Positions 22,627 to 35,031 of a DNA stretch of 63,298 bases are shown piece by piece. Position numbers and translations under genes: made by a program. Source of the stretch: Azolla caroliniana (taxonomy: Eukaryota > Plantae > Polypodiophyta); NCBI GenBank assembly GCA_043228905.1, contig JBHGNT010000162.1:1-63298 (forward strand), read 5' to 3'. Numbering within the stretch: position 1 is the stretch's first letter; each line of letters begins with the position of its first letter. The notes below the pieces were generated by a model. That model searched no databases, was not told the DNA's origin, and was given only the letters and a program-made list of their open reading frames with translations.

Positions 22627-23467
22627 TGCGATTGTCCTTATGATCCCGGTGCTTGTCTCCTAATGGATTGTATTGACATTGCTCCCTCCACCTTTAATAT
22701 ATACACATGGCCATGCAATCAGAGCACATGCATGTCACTCACCACTCCCATTACCATAACGTGTGTGTCCCTGCGTACAACTCTTGCCCAAGACCCATAC
22801 CAACTAGTCCACCCTCCCACACGTCTAGGCTAGTCCTAGGTGTCGTATTGTCACCAGACAATCTGGGCGCAACCTGTGGCGGGTACTCCTCCTCCTCCTC
22901 GCGCGAGAGCTTGTCGAGCAACATAACATCTATACATACGTAGGTAGATGTGCGCACTCGCGCGTGCGCGTAGGGGTGTGCGGGCACGTGCACATTAAAC
23001 TAGCACGCGCTAGTGCCGAGACACTAAGCACGCGGAGGCTACTGCGGGACGAGTGGTGGCTCCCGAGTGTGCTACATCGATGAACGTAGATAGACCGGTG
23101 TCCGTACTCGCTCGTTCGGACGAGGGGTAAACCGGACTACCACACTAGGAGTGTCCTATCGGGCAAGTGTGGAAGCAAGTTCACATTCGCCGCGTGTACA
23201 AGTTGACCTTAGCCGTTGCCGTGGCGTGTGCGGTATGGGTGGGTGTTCCGCTTTGATGTTTTTTTTCCGTTTGGGTGGTTTGCGGTCCCTATAGGCAAAT
23301 TCTATACGTTGGTGGTCGTGTCTACGTTCGTGTTGGAGGGACGTTGGTGCTCGTGTTTACGTTCGTGTGGGTGTAATGCGCGATTGGGGAGACGCACTTG
23401 TTCGTAAACACTTACGAGAAATTAGAGAGAGACCACGAGAATAATTTGAACAAGGTTTATGTACTAT

Positions 23468-24253
23468 TTAGAAGCGACGAATACAAGCACGAGGGCGAAG
23501 ATCGCACTGTTGGAGTAGGCGGGAGGCGGCGACGCCTAGAGCTCTTTCCTCGTCATCGGCCTTGAATTGGCGACGTTGTTGACGTTCGTCCTCTTGTCGT
23601 CGAGACATGCGGTGGCGGCGTTCGTCACCCTCTCGTCGCTCACGGCTGCTATCTCTCTCGCGCTCCTCGTCCTCTTCCTCCCAGCTACGGTGTTCCCTTG
23701 ATTGTTGGCCATGGCGTCGGCCTTCATCATTGCGTCGTTCCTCCTCGTCAGCATACAAGGCATCACGTAGGCGATCGCATCGATCTTCGGCGGGGATTCG
23801 TTCGACGTTCCTGCAGCACCGTTCCGAGGGTCTTGAGTATCGAGTGTTTTCGATCCATGGGGAGCGACGTCCTTGTTCACCTTCCTCTCTTTCGGAGCGC
23901 TCTTGTAGCTCTCGGATCTGCTTGTCGATGAAATCACCGCACTCTCGCCTCAGTTCCTCGTCACGTGGCTCATCGCGACCACGGCTACGACGTTCCCTTT
24001 CCTCTTCGGAGTCTCTCTTGTTGTCTCTGTAGCGGCGCCCCTCCTCAAGGAACCCCTCACGACGTCGCTCGCGCCTCTCGTCATCGCACTCCCCCTCTCG
24101 GCGTCGGTCGCGCCTCTCCTCGTCAATGTCTCCCTCACGACGTCGATCGCGTCGCTCCTCTTCACGGTCCCGCCCTACAGACCTAGCATTGGCCGCGGTA
24201 CACGCGGCGAGCATGATCACGGCCATGAGGAATACGGAAGTAAGCTTTGCCAT
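23468..24253 (-). CDS. 2S albumin-like storage protein, copy 10
   Basis: Intact 261-aa ORF, consensus protein. Confidence 0.85.
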   Translation of the reverse strand: MAKLTSVFLMAVIMLAACTAANARSVGRDREEERRDRRREGDIDEERRDRRREGECDDERRERRREGFLEEGRRYRDNKRDSEEERERRSRGRDEPRDEELRRECGDFIDKQIRELQERSEREEGEQGRRSPWIENTRYSRPSERCCRNVERIPAEDRCDRLRDALYADEEERRNDEGRRHGQQSREHRSWEEEDEERERDSSRERREGDERRHRMSRRQEDERQQRRQFKADDEERALGVAASRLLQQCDLRPRACIRRF

Positions 24254-25119
24254 TGCGATTGTCCTTATGATCCCGGTGCTTGTCTCCTAATGGATTGTAT
24301 TGACATTGCTCCCTCCACCTTTAATATATACACATGGCCATGCAATCAGAGCACATGCATGTCACTCACCACTCCCATTACCATAACGTGTGTGTCCCTG
24401 CGTACAACTCTTGCCCAAGACCCATACCAACTAGTCCACCCTCCCACACGTCTAGGCTAGTCCTAGGTGTCGTATTGTCACCAGACAATCTGGGCGCAAC
24501 CTGTGGCGGGTACTCCTCCTCCTCCTCGCGCGAGAGCTTGTCGAGCAACATAACATCTATACATACGTAGGTAGATGTGCGCACTCGCGCGTGCGCGTAG
24601 GGGTGTGCGGGCACGTGCACATTAAACTAGCACGCGCTAGTGCCGAGACACTAAGCACGCGGAGGCTACTGCGGGACGAGTGGTGGCTCCCGAGTGTGCT
24701 ACATCGATGAACGTAGATAGACCGGTGTCCGTACTCGCTCGTTCGGACGAGGGGTTGGTAACGACGACGACAAGGAAAGCTAACCGGACTACCACACTAG
24801 GAGTGTCCTATCGGGCAAGTGTGGAAGCAAGTTCACATTCGCCGCGTGTACAAGTTGACCTTAGCCGTTGCCGTGGCGTGTGCGGTATGGGTGGGTGTTC
24901 CGCTTTGATGTTTTTTTTCCGTTTGGGTGGTATGCGGTCCCTATAGGCAAATTCTATACGTTGGTGGTCGTGTCTACGTTCGTGTTGGAGGGACGTTGGT
25001 GCTCGTGTTTACGTTCGTGTGGGTGTAATGCGCGATTGGGGAGACGCACTTGTTCGTAAACACTTACGAGAAATTAGAGAGAGACCACGAGAATAATTTG
25101 AACAAGGTTTATGTACTAT

Positions 25120-25905
25120 TTAGAAGCGACGAATACAAGCACGAGGGCGAAGATCGCACTGTTGGAGTAGGCGGGAGGCGGCGACGCCTAGAGCTCTTTC
25201 CTCGTCATCGGCCTTGAATTGGCGACGTTGTTGACGTTCGTCCTCTTGTCGTCGAGACATGCGGTGGCGGCGTTCGTCACCCTCTCGTCGCTCACGGCTG
25301 CTATCTCTCTCGCGCTCCTCGTCCTCTTCCTCCCAGCTACGGTGTTCCCTTGATTGTTGGCCATGGCGTCGGCCTTCATCATTGCGTCGTTCCTCCTCGT
25401 CAGCATACAAGGCATCACGTAGGCGATCGCATCGATCTTCGGCGGGGATTCGTTCGACGTTCCTGCAGCACCGTTCCGAGGGTCTTGAGTATCGAGTGTT
25501 TTCGATCCATGGGGAGCGACGTCCTTGTTCACCTTCCTCTCTTTCGGAGCGCTCTTGTAGCTCTCGGATCTGCTTGTCGATGAAATCACCGCACTCTCGC
25601 CTCAGTTCCTCGTCACGTGGCTCATCGCGACCACGGCTACGACGTTCCCTTTCCTCTTCGGAGTCTCTCTTGTTGTCTCTGTAGCGGCGCCCCTCCTCAA
25701 GGAACCCCTCACGACGTCGCTCGCGCCTCTCGTCATCGCACTCCCCCTCTCGGCGTCGGTCGCGCCTCTCCTCGTCAATGTCTCCCTCACGACGTCGATC
25801 GCGTCGCTCCTCTTCACGGTCCCGCCCTACAGACCTAGCATTGGCCGCGGTACACGCGGCGAGCATGATCACGGCCATGAGGAATACGGAAGTAAGCTTT
25901 GCCAT
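25120..25905 (-). CDS. 2S albumin-like storage protein, copy 11
   Basis: Intact 261-aa ORF, consensus protein. Confidence 0.85.
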   Translation of the reverse strand: MAKLTSVFLMAVIMLAACTAANARSVGRDREEERRDRRREGDIDEERRDRRREGECDDERRERRREGFLEEGRRYRDNKRDSEEERERRSRGRDEPRDEELRRECGDFIDKQIRELQERSEREEGEQGRRSPWIENTRYSRPSERCCRNVERIPAEDRCDRLRDALYADEEERRNDEGRRHGQQSREHRSWEEEDEERERDSSRERREGDERRHRMSRRQEDERQQRRQFKADDEERALGVAASRLLQQCDLRPRACIRRF

Positions 25906-26771
25906 TGCGATTGTCCTTATGATCCCGGTGCTTGTCTCCTAATGGATTGTATTGACATTGCTCCCTCCACCTTTAATATATGCACATGGCCATGCAATCA
26001 GAGCACATGCATGTCACTCACCACTCCCATTACCATAACGTGTGTGTCCCTGCGTACAACTCTTGCCCAAGACCCATACCAACTAGTCCACCCTCCCACA
26101 CGTCTAGGCTAGTCCTAGGTGTCGTATTGTCACCAGACAATCTGGGCGCAACCTGTGGCGGGTACTCCTCCTCCTCCTCGCGCGAGAGCTTGTCGAGCAA
26201 CATAACATCTATACATACGTAGGTAGATGTGCGCACTCGCGCGTGCGCGTAGGGGTGTGCGGGCACGTGCACATTAAACTAGCACGCGCTAGTGCCGAGA
26301 CACTAAGCACGCGGAGGCTACTGCGGGACGAGTGGTGGCTCCCGAGTGTGCTACATCGATGAACGTAGATAGACCGGTGTCCGTACTCGCTCGTTCGGAC
26401 GAGGGGTTGGTAACGACGACGACAAGGAAAGCTAACCGGACTACCACACTAGGAGTGTCCTATCGGGCAAGTGTGGAAGCAAGTTCACATTCGCCGCGTG
26501 TACAAGTTGACCTTAGCCGTTGCCGTGGCGTGTGCGGTATGGGTGGGTGTTCCGCTTTGATGTTTTTTTTCCGTTTGGGTGGTTTGCGGTCCCTATAGGC
26601 AAATTCTATACGTTGGTGGTCGTGTCTACGTTCGTGTTGGAGGGACGTTGGTGCTCGTGTTTACGTTCGTGTGGGTGTAATGCGCGATTGGGGAGACGCA
26701 CTTGTTCGTAAACACTTACGAGAAATTAGAGAGAGACCACGAGAATAATTTGAACAAGGTTTATGTACTAT

Positions 26772-27557
26772 TTAGAAGCGACGAATACAAGCACGAGGGC
26801 GAAGATCGCACTGTTGGAGTAGGCGGGAGGCGGCGACGCCTAGAGCTCTTTCCTCGTCATCGGCCTTGAATTGGCGACGTTGTTGACGTTCGTCCTCTTG
26901 TCGTCGAGACATGCGGTGGCGGCGTTCGTCACCCTCTCGTCGCTCACGGCTGCTATCTCTCTCGCGCTCCTCGTCCTCTTCCTCCCAGCTACGGTGTTCC
27001 CTTGATTGTTGGCCATGGCGTCGGCCTTCATCATTGCGTCGTTCCTCCTCGTCAGCATACAAGGCATCACGTAGGCGATCGCATCGATCTTCGGCGGGGA
27101 TTCGTTCGACGTTCCTGCAGCACCGTTCCGAGGGTCTTGAGTATCGAGTGTTTTCGATCCATGGGGAGCGACGTCCTTGTTCACCTTCCTCTCTTTCGGA
27201 GCGCTCTTGTAGCTCTCGGATCTGCTTGTCGATGAAATCACCGCACTCTCGCCTCAGTTCCTCGTCACGTGGCTCATCGCGACCACGGCTACGACGTTCC
27301 CTTTCCTCTTCGGAGTCTCTCTTGTTGTCTCTGTAGCGGCGCCCCTCCTCAAGGAACCCCTCACGACGTCGCTCGCGCCTCTCGTCATCGCACTCCCCCT
27401 CTCGGCGTCGGTCGCGCCTCTCCTCGTCAATGTCTCCCTCACGACGTCGATCGCGTCGCTCCTCTTCACGGTCCCGCCCTACAGACCTAGCATTGGCCGC
27501 GGTACACGCGGCGAGCATGATCACGGCCATGAGGAATACGGAAGTAAGCTTTGCCAT
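26772..27557 (-). CDS. 2S albumin-like storage protein, copy 12
   Basis: Intact 261-aa ORF, consensus protein. Confidence 0.85.
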   Translation of the reverse strand: MAKLTSVFLMAVIMLAACTAANARSVGRDREEERRDRRREGDIDEERRDRRREGECDDERRERRREGFLEEGRRYRDNKRDSEEERERRSRGRDEPRDEELRRECGDFIDKQIRELQERSEREEGEQGRRSPWIENTRYSRPSERCCRNVERIPAEDRCDRLRDALYADEEERRNDEGRRHGQQSREHRSWEEEDEERERDSSRERREGDERRHRMSRRQEDERQQRRQFKADDEERALGVAASRLLQQCDLRPRACIRRF

Positions 27558-28423
27558 TGCGATTGTCCTTATGATCCCGGTGCTTGTCTCCTAATGGATT
27601 GTATTGACATTGCTCCCTCCACCTTTAATATATGCACATGGCCATGCAATCAGAGCACATGCATGTCACTCACCACTCCCATTACCATAACGTGTGTGTC
27701 CCTGCGTACAACTCTTGCCCAAGACCCATACCAACTAGTCCACCCTCCCACACGTCTAGGCTAGTCCTAGGTGTCGTATTGTCACCAGACAATCTGGGCG
27801 CAACCTGTGGCGGGTACTCCTCCTCCTCCTCGCGCGAGAGCTTGTCGAGCAACATAACATTTATACATACGTAGGTAGATGTGCGCACTCGCGCGTGCGC
27901 GTAGGGGTGTGCGGGCACGTGCACATTAAACTAGCACGCGCTAGTGCCGAGACACTAAGCACGCGGAGGCTACTGCGGGACGAGTGGTGGCTCCCGAGTG
28001 TGCTACATCGATGAACGTAGATAGACCGGTGTCCGTACTCGCTCGTTCGGACGAGGGGTTGGTAACGACGACGACAAGGAAAGCTAACCGGACTACCACA
28101 CTAGGAGTGTCCTATCGGGCAAGTGTGGAAGCAAGTTCACATTCGCCGCGTGTACAAGTTGACCTTAGCCGTTGCCGTGGCGTGTGCGGTATGGGTGGGT
28201 GTTCCGCTTTGATGTTTTTTTTCCGTTTGGGTGGTTTGCGGTCCCTATAGGCAAATTCTATACGTTGGTGGTCGTGTCTACGTTCGTGTTGGAGGGACGT
28301 TGGTGCTCGTGTTTACGTTCGTGTGGGTGTAATGCGCGATTGGGGAGACGCACTTGTTCGTAAACACTTACGAGAAATTAGAGAGAGACCACGAGAATAA
28401 TTTGAACAAGGTTTATGTACTAT

Positions 28424-29209
28424 TTAGAAGCGACGAATACAAGCACGAGGGCGAAGATCGCACTGTTGGAGTAGGCGGGAGGCGGCGACGCCTAGAGCTC
28501 TTTCCTCGTCATCGGCCTTGAATTGGCGACGTTGTTGACGTTCGTCCTCTTGTCGTCGAGACATGCGGTGGCGGCGTTCGTCACCCTCTCGTCGCTCACG
28601 GCTGCTATCTCTCTCGCGCTCCTCGTCCTCTTCCTCCCAGCTACGGTGTTCCCTTGATTGTTGGCCATGGCGTCGGCCTTCATCATTGCGTCGTTCCTCC
28701 TCGTCAGCATACAAGGCATCACGTAGGCGATCGCATCGATCTTCGGCGGGGATTCGTTCGACGTTCCTGCAGCACCGTTCCGAGGGTCTTGAGTATCGAG
28801 TGTTTTCGATCCATGGGGAGCGACGTCCTTGTTCACCTTCCTCTCTTTCGGAGCGCTCTTGTAGCTCTCGGATCTGCTTGTCGATGAAATCACCGCACTC
28901 TCGCCTCAGTTCCTCGTCACGTGGCTCATCGCGACCACGGCTACGACGTTCCCTTTCCTCTTCGGAGTCTCTCTTGTTGTCTCTGTAGCGGCGCCCCTCC
29001 TCAAGGAACCCCTCACGACGTCGCTCGCGCCTCTCGTCATCGCACTCCCCCTCTCGGCGTCGGTCGCGCCTCTCCTCGTCAATGTCTCCCTCACGACGTC
29101 GATCGCGTCGCTCCTCTTCACGGTCCCGCCCTACAGACCTAGCATTGGCCGCGGTACACGCGGCGAGCATGATCACGGCCATGAGGAATACGGAAGTAAG
29201 CTTTGCCAT
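28424..29209 (-). CDS. 2S albumin-like storage protein, copy 13
   Basis: Intact 261-aa ORF, consensus protein. Confidence 0.85.
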   Translation of the reverse strand: MAKLTSVFLMAVIMLAACTAANARSVGRDREEERRDRRREGDIDEERRDRRREGECDDERRERRREGFLEEGRRYRDNKRDSEEERERRSRGRDEPRDEELRRECGDFIDKQIRELQERSEREEGEQGRRSPWIENTRYSRPSERCCRNVERIPAEDRCDRLRDALYADEEERRNDEGRRHGQQSREHRSWEEEDEERERDSSRERREGDERRHRMSRRQEDERQQRRQFKADDEERALGVAASRLLQQCDLRPRACIRRF

Positions 29210-30075
29210 TGCGATTGTCCTTATGATCCCGGTGCTTGTCTCCTAATGGATTGTATTGACATTGCTCCCTCCACCTTTAATATATGCACATGGCCATGCA
29301 ATCAGAGCACATGCATGTCACTCACCACTCCCATTACCATAACGTGTGTGTCCCTGCGTACAACTCTTGCCCAAGACCCATACCAACTAGTCCACCCTCC
29401 CACACGTCTAGGCTAGTCCTAGGTGTCGTATTGTCACCAGACAATCTGGGCGCAACCTGTGGCGGGTACTCCTCCTCCTCCTCGCGCGAGAGCTTGTCGA
29501 GCAACATAACATTTATACATACGTAGGTGGATGTGCGCACTCGCGCGTGCGCGTAGGGGTGTGCGGGCACGTGCACATTAAACTAGCACGCGCTAGTGCC
29601 GAGACACTAAGCACGCGGAGGCTACTGCGGGACGAGTGGTGGCTCCCGAGTGTGCTACATCGATGAACGTAGATAGACCGGTGTCCGTACTCGCTCGTTC
29701 GGACGAGGGGTTGGTAACGACGACGACAAGGAAAGCTAACCGGACTACCACACTAGGAGTGTCCTATCGGGCAAGTGTGGAAGCAAGTTCACATTCGCCG
29801 CGTGTACAAGTTGACCTTAGCCGTTGCCGTGGCGTGTGCGGTATGGGTGGGTGTTCCGCTTTGATGTTTTTTTTCCGTTTGGGTGGTTTGCGGTCCCTAT
29901 AGGCAAATTCTATACGTTGGTGGTCGTGTCTACGTTCGTGTTGGAGGGACGTTGGTGCTCGTGTTTACGTTCGTGTGGGTGTAATGCGCGATTGGGGAGA
30001 CGCACTTGTTCGTAAACACTTACGAGAAATTAGAGAGAGACCACGAGAATAATTTGAACAAGGTTTATGTACTAT

Positions 30076-30861
30076 TTAGAAGCGACGAATACAAGCACGA
30101 GGGCGAAGATCGCACTGTTGGAGTAGGCGGGAGGCGGCGACGCCTAGAGCTCTTTCCTCGTCATCGGCCTTGAATTGGCGACGTTGTTGACGTTCGTCCT
30201 CTTGTCGTCGAGACATGCGGTGGCGGCGTTCGTCACCCTCTCGTCGCTCACGGCTGCTATCTCTCTCGCGCTCCTCGTCCTCTTCCTCCCAGCTACGGTG
30301 TTCCCTTGATTGTTGGCCATGGCGTCGGCCTTCATCATTGCGTCGTTCCTCCTCGTCAGCATACAAGGCATCACGTAGGCGATCGCATCGATCTTCGGCG
30401 GGGATTCGTTCGACGTTCCTGCAGCACCGTTCCGAGGGTCTTGAGTATCGAGTGTTTTCGATCCATGGGGAGCGACGTCCTTGTTCACCTTCCTCTCTTT
30501 CGGAGCGCTCTTGTAGCTCTCGGATCTGCTTGTCGATGAAATCACCGCACTCTCGCCTCAGTTCCTCGTCACGTGGCTCATCGCGACCACGGCTACGACG
30601 TTCCCTTTCCTCTTCGGAGTCTCTCTTGTTGTCTCTGTAGCGGCGCCCCTCCTCAAGGAACCCCTCACGACGTCGCTCGCGCCTCTCGTCATCGCACTCC
30701 CCCTCTCGGCGTCGGTCGCGCCTCTCCTCGTCAATGTCTCCCTCACGACGTCGATCGCGTCGCTCCTCTTCACGGTCCCGCCCTACAGACCTAGCATTGG
30801 CCGCGGTACACGCGGCGAGCATGATCACGGCCATGAGGAATACGGAAGTAAGCTTTGCCAT
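30076..30861 (-). CDS. 2S albumin-like storage protein, copy 14
   Basis: Intact 261-aa ORF, consensus protein. Confidence 0.85.
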   Translation of the reverse strand: MAKLTSVFLMAVIMLAACTAANARSVGRDREEERRDRRREGDIDEERRDRRREGECDDERRERRREGFLEEGRRYRDNKRDSEEERERRSRGRDEPRDEELRRECGDFIDKQIRELQERSEREEGEQGRRSPWIENTRYSRPSERCCRNVERIPAEDRCDRLRDALYADEEERRNDEGRRHGQQSREHRSWEEEDEERERDSSRERREGDERRHRMSRRQEDERQQRRQFKADDEERALGVAASRLLQQCDLRPRACIRRF

Positions 30862-31727
30862 TGCGATTGTCCTTATGATCCCGGTGCTTGTCTCCTAATG
30901 GATTGTATTGACATTGCTCCCTCCACCTTTAATATATGCACATGGCCATGCAATCAGAGCACATGCATGTCACTCACCACTCCCATTACCATAACGTGTG
31001 TGTCCCTGCGTACAACTCTTGCCCAAGACCCATACCAACTAGTCCACCCTCCCACACGTCTAGGCTAGTCCTAGGTGTCGTATTGTCACCAGACAATCTG
31101 GGCGCAACCTGTGGCGGGTACTCCTCCTCCTCCTCGCGCGAGAGCTTGTCGAGCAACATAACATTTATACATACGTAGGTGGATGTGCGCACTCGCGCGT
31201 GCGCGTAGGGGTGTGCGGGCACGTGCACATTAAACTAGCACGCGCTAGTGCCGAGACACTAAGCACGCGGAGGCTACTGCGGGACGAGTGGTGGCTCCCG
31301 AGTGTGCTACATCGATGAACGTAGATAGACCGGTGTCCGTACTCGCTCGTTCGGACGAGGGGTTGGTAACGACGACGACAAGGAAAGCTAACCGGACTAC
31401 CACACTAGGAGTGTCCTATCGGGCAAGTGTGGAAGCAAGTTCACATTCGCCGCGTGTACAAGTTGACCTTAGCCGTTGCCGTGGCGTGTGCGGTATGGGT
31501 GGGTGTTCCGCTTTGATGTTTTTTTTCCGTTTGGGTGGTTTGCGGTCCCTATAGGCAAATTCTATACGTTGGTGGTCGTGTCTACGTTCGTGTTGGAGGG
31601 ACGTTGGTGCTCGTGTTTACGTTCGTGTGGGTGTAATGCGCGATTGGGGAGACGCACTTGTTCGTAAACACTTACGAGAAATTAGAGAGAGACCACGAGA
31701 ATAATTTGAACAAGGTTTATGTACTAT

Positions 31728-32513
31728 TTAGAAGCGACGAATACAAGCACGAGGGCGAAGATCGCACTGTTGGAGTAGGCGGGAGGCGGCGACGCCTAGA
31801 GCTCTTTCCTCGTCATCGGCCTTGAATTGGCGACGTTGTTGACGTTCGTCCTCTTGTCGTCGAGACATGCGGTGGCGGCGTTCGTCACCCTCTCGTCGCT
31901 CACGGCTGCTATCTCTCTCGCGCTCCTCGTCCTCTTCCTCCCAGCTACGGTGTTCCCTTGATTGTTGGCCATGGCGTCGGCCTTCATCATTGCGTCGTTC
32001 CTCCTCGTCAGCATACAAGGCATCACGTAGGCGATCGCATCGATCTTCGGCGGGGATTCGTTCGACGTTCCTGCAGCACCGTTCCGAGGGTCTTGAGTAT
32101 CGAGTGTTTTCGATCCATGGGGAGCGACGTCCTTGTTCACCTTCCTCTCTTTCGGAGCGCTCTTGTAGCTCTCGGATCTGCTTGTCGATGAAATCACCGC
32201 ACTCTCGCCTCAGTTCCTCGTCACGTGGCTCATCGCGACCACGGCTACGACGTTCCCTTTCCTCTTCGGAGTCTCTCTTGTTGTCTCTGTAGCGGCGCCC
32301 CTCCTCAAGGAACCCCTCACGACGTCGCTCGCGCCTCTCGTCATCGCACTCCCCCTCTCGGCGTCGGTCGCGCCTCTCCTCGTCAATGTCTCCCTCACGA
32401 CGTCGATCGCGTCGCTCCTCTTCACGGTCCCGCCCTACAGACCTAGCATTGGCCGCGGTACACGCGGCGAGCATGATCACGGCCATGAGGAATACGGAAG
32501 TAAGCTTTGCCAT
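31728..32513 (-). CDS. 2S albumin-like storage protein, copy 15
   Basis: Intact 261-aa ORF, consensus protein. Confidence 0.85.
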   Translation of the reverse strand: MAKLTSVFLMAVIMLAACTAANARSVGRDREEERRDRRREGDIDEERRDRRREGECDDERRERRREGFLEEGRRYRDNKRDSEEERERRSRGRDEPRDEELRRECGDFIDKQIRELQERSEREEGEQGRRSPWIENTRYSRPSERCCRNVERIPAEDRCDRLRDALYADEEERRNDEGRRHGQQSREHRSWEEEDEERERDSSRERREGDERRHRMSRRQEDERQQRRQFKADDEERALGVAASRLLQQCDLRPRACIRRF

Positions 32514-33379
32514 TGCGATTGTCCTTATGATCCCGGTGCTTGTCTCCTAATGGATTGTATTGACATTGCTCCCTCCACCTTTAATATATGCACATGGCCA
32601 TGCAATCAGAGCACATGCATGTCACTCACCACTCCCATTACCATAACGTGTGTGTCCCTGCGTACAACTCTTGCCCAAGACCCATACCAACTAGTCCACC
32701 CTCCCACACGTCTAGGCTAGTCCTAGGTGTCGTATTGTCACCAGACAATCTGGGCGCAACCTGTGGCGGGTACTCCTCCTCCTCCTCGCGCGAGAGCTTG
32801 TCGAGCAACATAACATTTATACATACGTAGGTGGATGTGCGCACTCGCGCGTGCGCGTAGGGGTGTGCGGGCACGTGCACATTAAACTAGCACGCGCTAG
32901 TGCCGAGACACTAAGCACGCGGAGGCTACTGCGGGACGAGTGGTGGCTCCCGAGTGTGCTACATCGATGAACGTAGATAGACCGGTGTCCGTACTCGCTC
33001 GTTCGGACGAGGGGTTGGTAACGACGACGACAAGGAAAGCTAACCGGACTACCATACTAGGAGTGTCCTATCGGGCAAGTGTGGAAGCAAGTTCACATTC
33101 GCCGCGTGTACAAGTTGACCTTAGCCGTTGCCGTGGCGTGTGCGGTATGGGTGGGTGTTCCGCTTTGATGTTTTTTTTCCGTTTGGGTGGTTTGCGGTCC
33201 CTATAGGCAAATTCTATACGTTGGTGGTCGTGTCTACGTTCGTGTTGGAGGGACGTTGGTGCTCGTGTTTACGTTCGTGTGGGTGTAATGCGCGATTGGG
33301 GAGACGCACTTGTTCGTAAACACTTACGAGAAATTAGAGAGAGACCACGAGAATAATTTGAACAAGGTTTATGTACTAT

Positions 33380-34165
33380 TTAGAAGCGACGAATACAAGC
33401 ACGAGGGCGAAGATCGCACTGTTGGAGTAGGCGGGAGGCGGCGACGCCTAGAGCTCTTTCCTCGTCATCGGCCTTGAATTGGCGACGTTGTTGACGTTCG
33501 TCCTCTTGTCGTCGAGACATGCGGTGGCGGCGTTCGTCACCCTCTCGTCGCTCACGGCTGCTATCTCTCTCGCGCTCCTCGTCCTCTTCCTCCCAGCTAC
33601 GGTGTTCCCTTGATTGTTGGCCATGGCGTCGGCCTTCATCATTGCGTCGTTCCTCCTCGTCAGCATACAAGGCATCACGTAGGCGATCGCATCGATCTTC
33701 GGCGGGGATTCGTTCGACGTTCCTGCAGCACCGTTCCGAGGGTCTTGAGTATCGAGTGTTTTCGATCCATGGGGAGCGACGTCCTTGTTCACCTTCCTCT
33801 CTTTCGGAGCGCTCTTGTAGCTCTCGGATCTGCTTGTCGATGAAATCACCGCACTCTCGCCTCAGTTCCTCGTCACGTGGCTCATCGCGACCACGGCTAC
33901 GACGTTCCCTTTCCTCTTCGGAGTCTCTCTTGTTGTCTCTGTAGCGGCGCCCCTCCTCAAGGAACCCCTCACGACGTCGCTCGCGCCTCTCGTCATCGCA
34001 CTCCCCCTCTCGGCGTCGGTCGCGCCTCTCCTCGTCAATGTCTCCCTCACGACGTCGATCGCGTCGCTCCTCTTCACGGTCCCGCCCTACAGACCTAGCA
34101 TTGGCCGCGGTACACGCGGCGAGCATGATCACGGCCATGAGGAATACGGAAGTAAGCTTTGCCAT
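33380..34165 (-). CDS. 2S albumin-like storage protein, copy 16
   Basis: Intact 261-aa ORF, consensus protein. Confidence 0.85.
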   Translation of the reverse strand: MAKLTSVFLMAVIMLAACTAANARSVGRDREEERRDRRREGDIDEERRDRRREGECDDERRERRREGFLEEGRRYRDNKRDSEEERERRSRGRDEPRDEELRRECGDFIDKQIRELQERSEREEGEQGRRSPWIENTRYSRPSERCCRNVERIPAEDRCDRLRDALYADEEERRNDEGRRHGQQSREHRSWEEEDEERERDSSRERREGDERRHRMSRRQEDERQQRRQFKADDEERALGVAASRLLQQCDLRPRACIRRF

Positions 34166-35031
34166 TGCGATTGTCCTTATGATCCCGGTGCTTGTCTCCT
34201 AATGGATTGTATTGACATTGCTCCCTCCACCTTTAATATATGCACATGGCCATGCAATCAGAGCACATGCATGTCACTCACCACTCCCATTACCATAACG
34301 TGTGTGTCCCTGCGTACAACTCTTGCCCAAGACCCATACCAACTAGTCCACCCTCCCACACGTCTAGGCTAGTCCTAGGTGTCGTATTGTCACCAGACAA
34401 TCTGGGCGCAACCTGTGGCGGGTACTCCTCCTCCTCCTCGCGCGAGAGCTTGTCGAGCAACATAACATTTATACATACGTAGGTGGATGTGCGCACTCGC
34501 GCGTGCGCGTAGGGGTGTGCGGGCACGTGCACATTAAACTAGCACGCGCTAGTGCCGAGACACTAAGCACGCGGAGGCTACTGCGGGACGAGTGGTGGCT
34601 CCCGAGTGTGCTACATCGATGAACGTAGATAGACCGGTGTCCGTACTCGCTCGTTCGGACGAGGGGTTGGTAACGACGACGACAAGGAAAGCTAACCGGA
34701 CTACCACACTAGGAGTGTCCTATCGGGCAAGTGTGGAAGCAAGTTCACATTCGCCGCGTGTACAAGTTGACCTTAGCCGTTGCCGTGGCGTGTGCGGTAT
34801 GGGTGGGTGTTCCGCTTTGATGTTTTTTTTCCGTTTGGGTGGTTTGCGGTCCCTATAGGCAAATTCTATACGTTGGTGGTCGTGTCTACGTTCGTGTTGG
34901 AGGGACGTTGGTGCTCGTGTTTACGTTCGTGTGGGTGTAATGCGCGATTGGGGAGACGCACTTGTTCGTAAACACTTACGAGAAATTAGAGAGAGACCAC
35001 GAGAATAATTTGAACAAGGTTTATGTACTAT

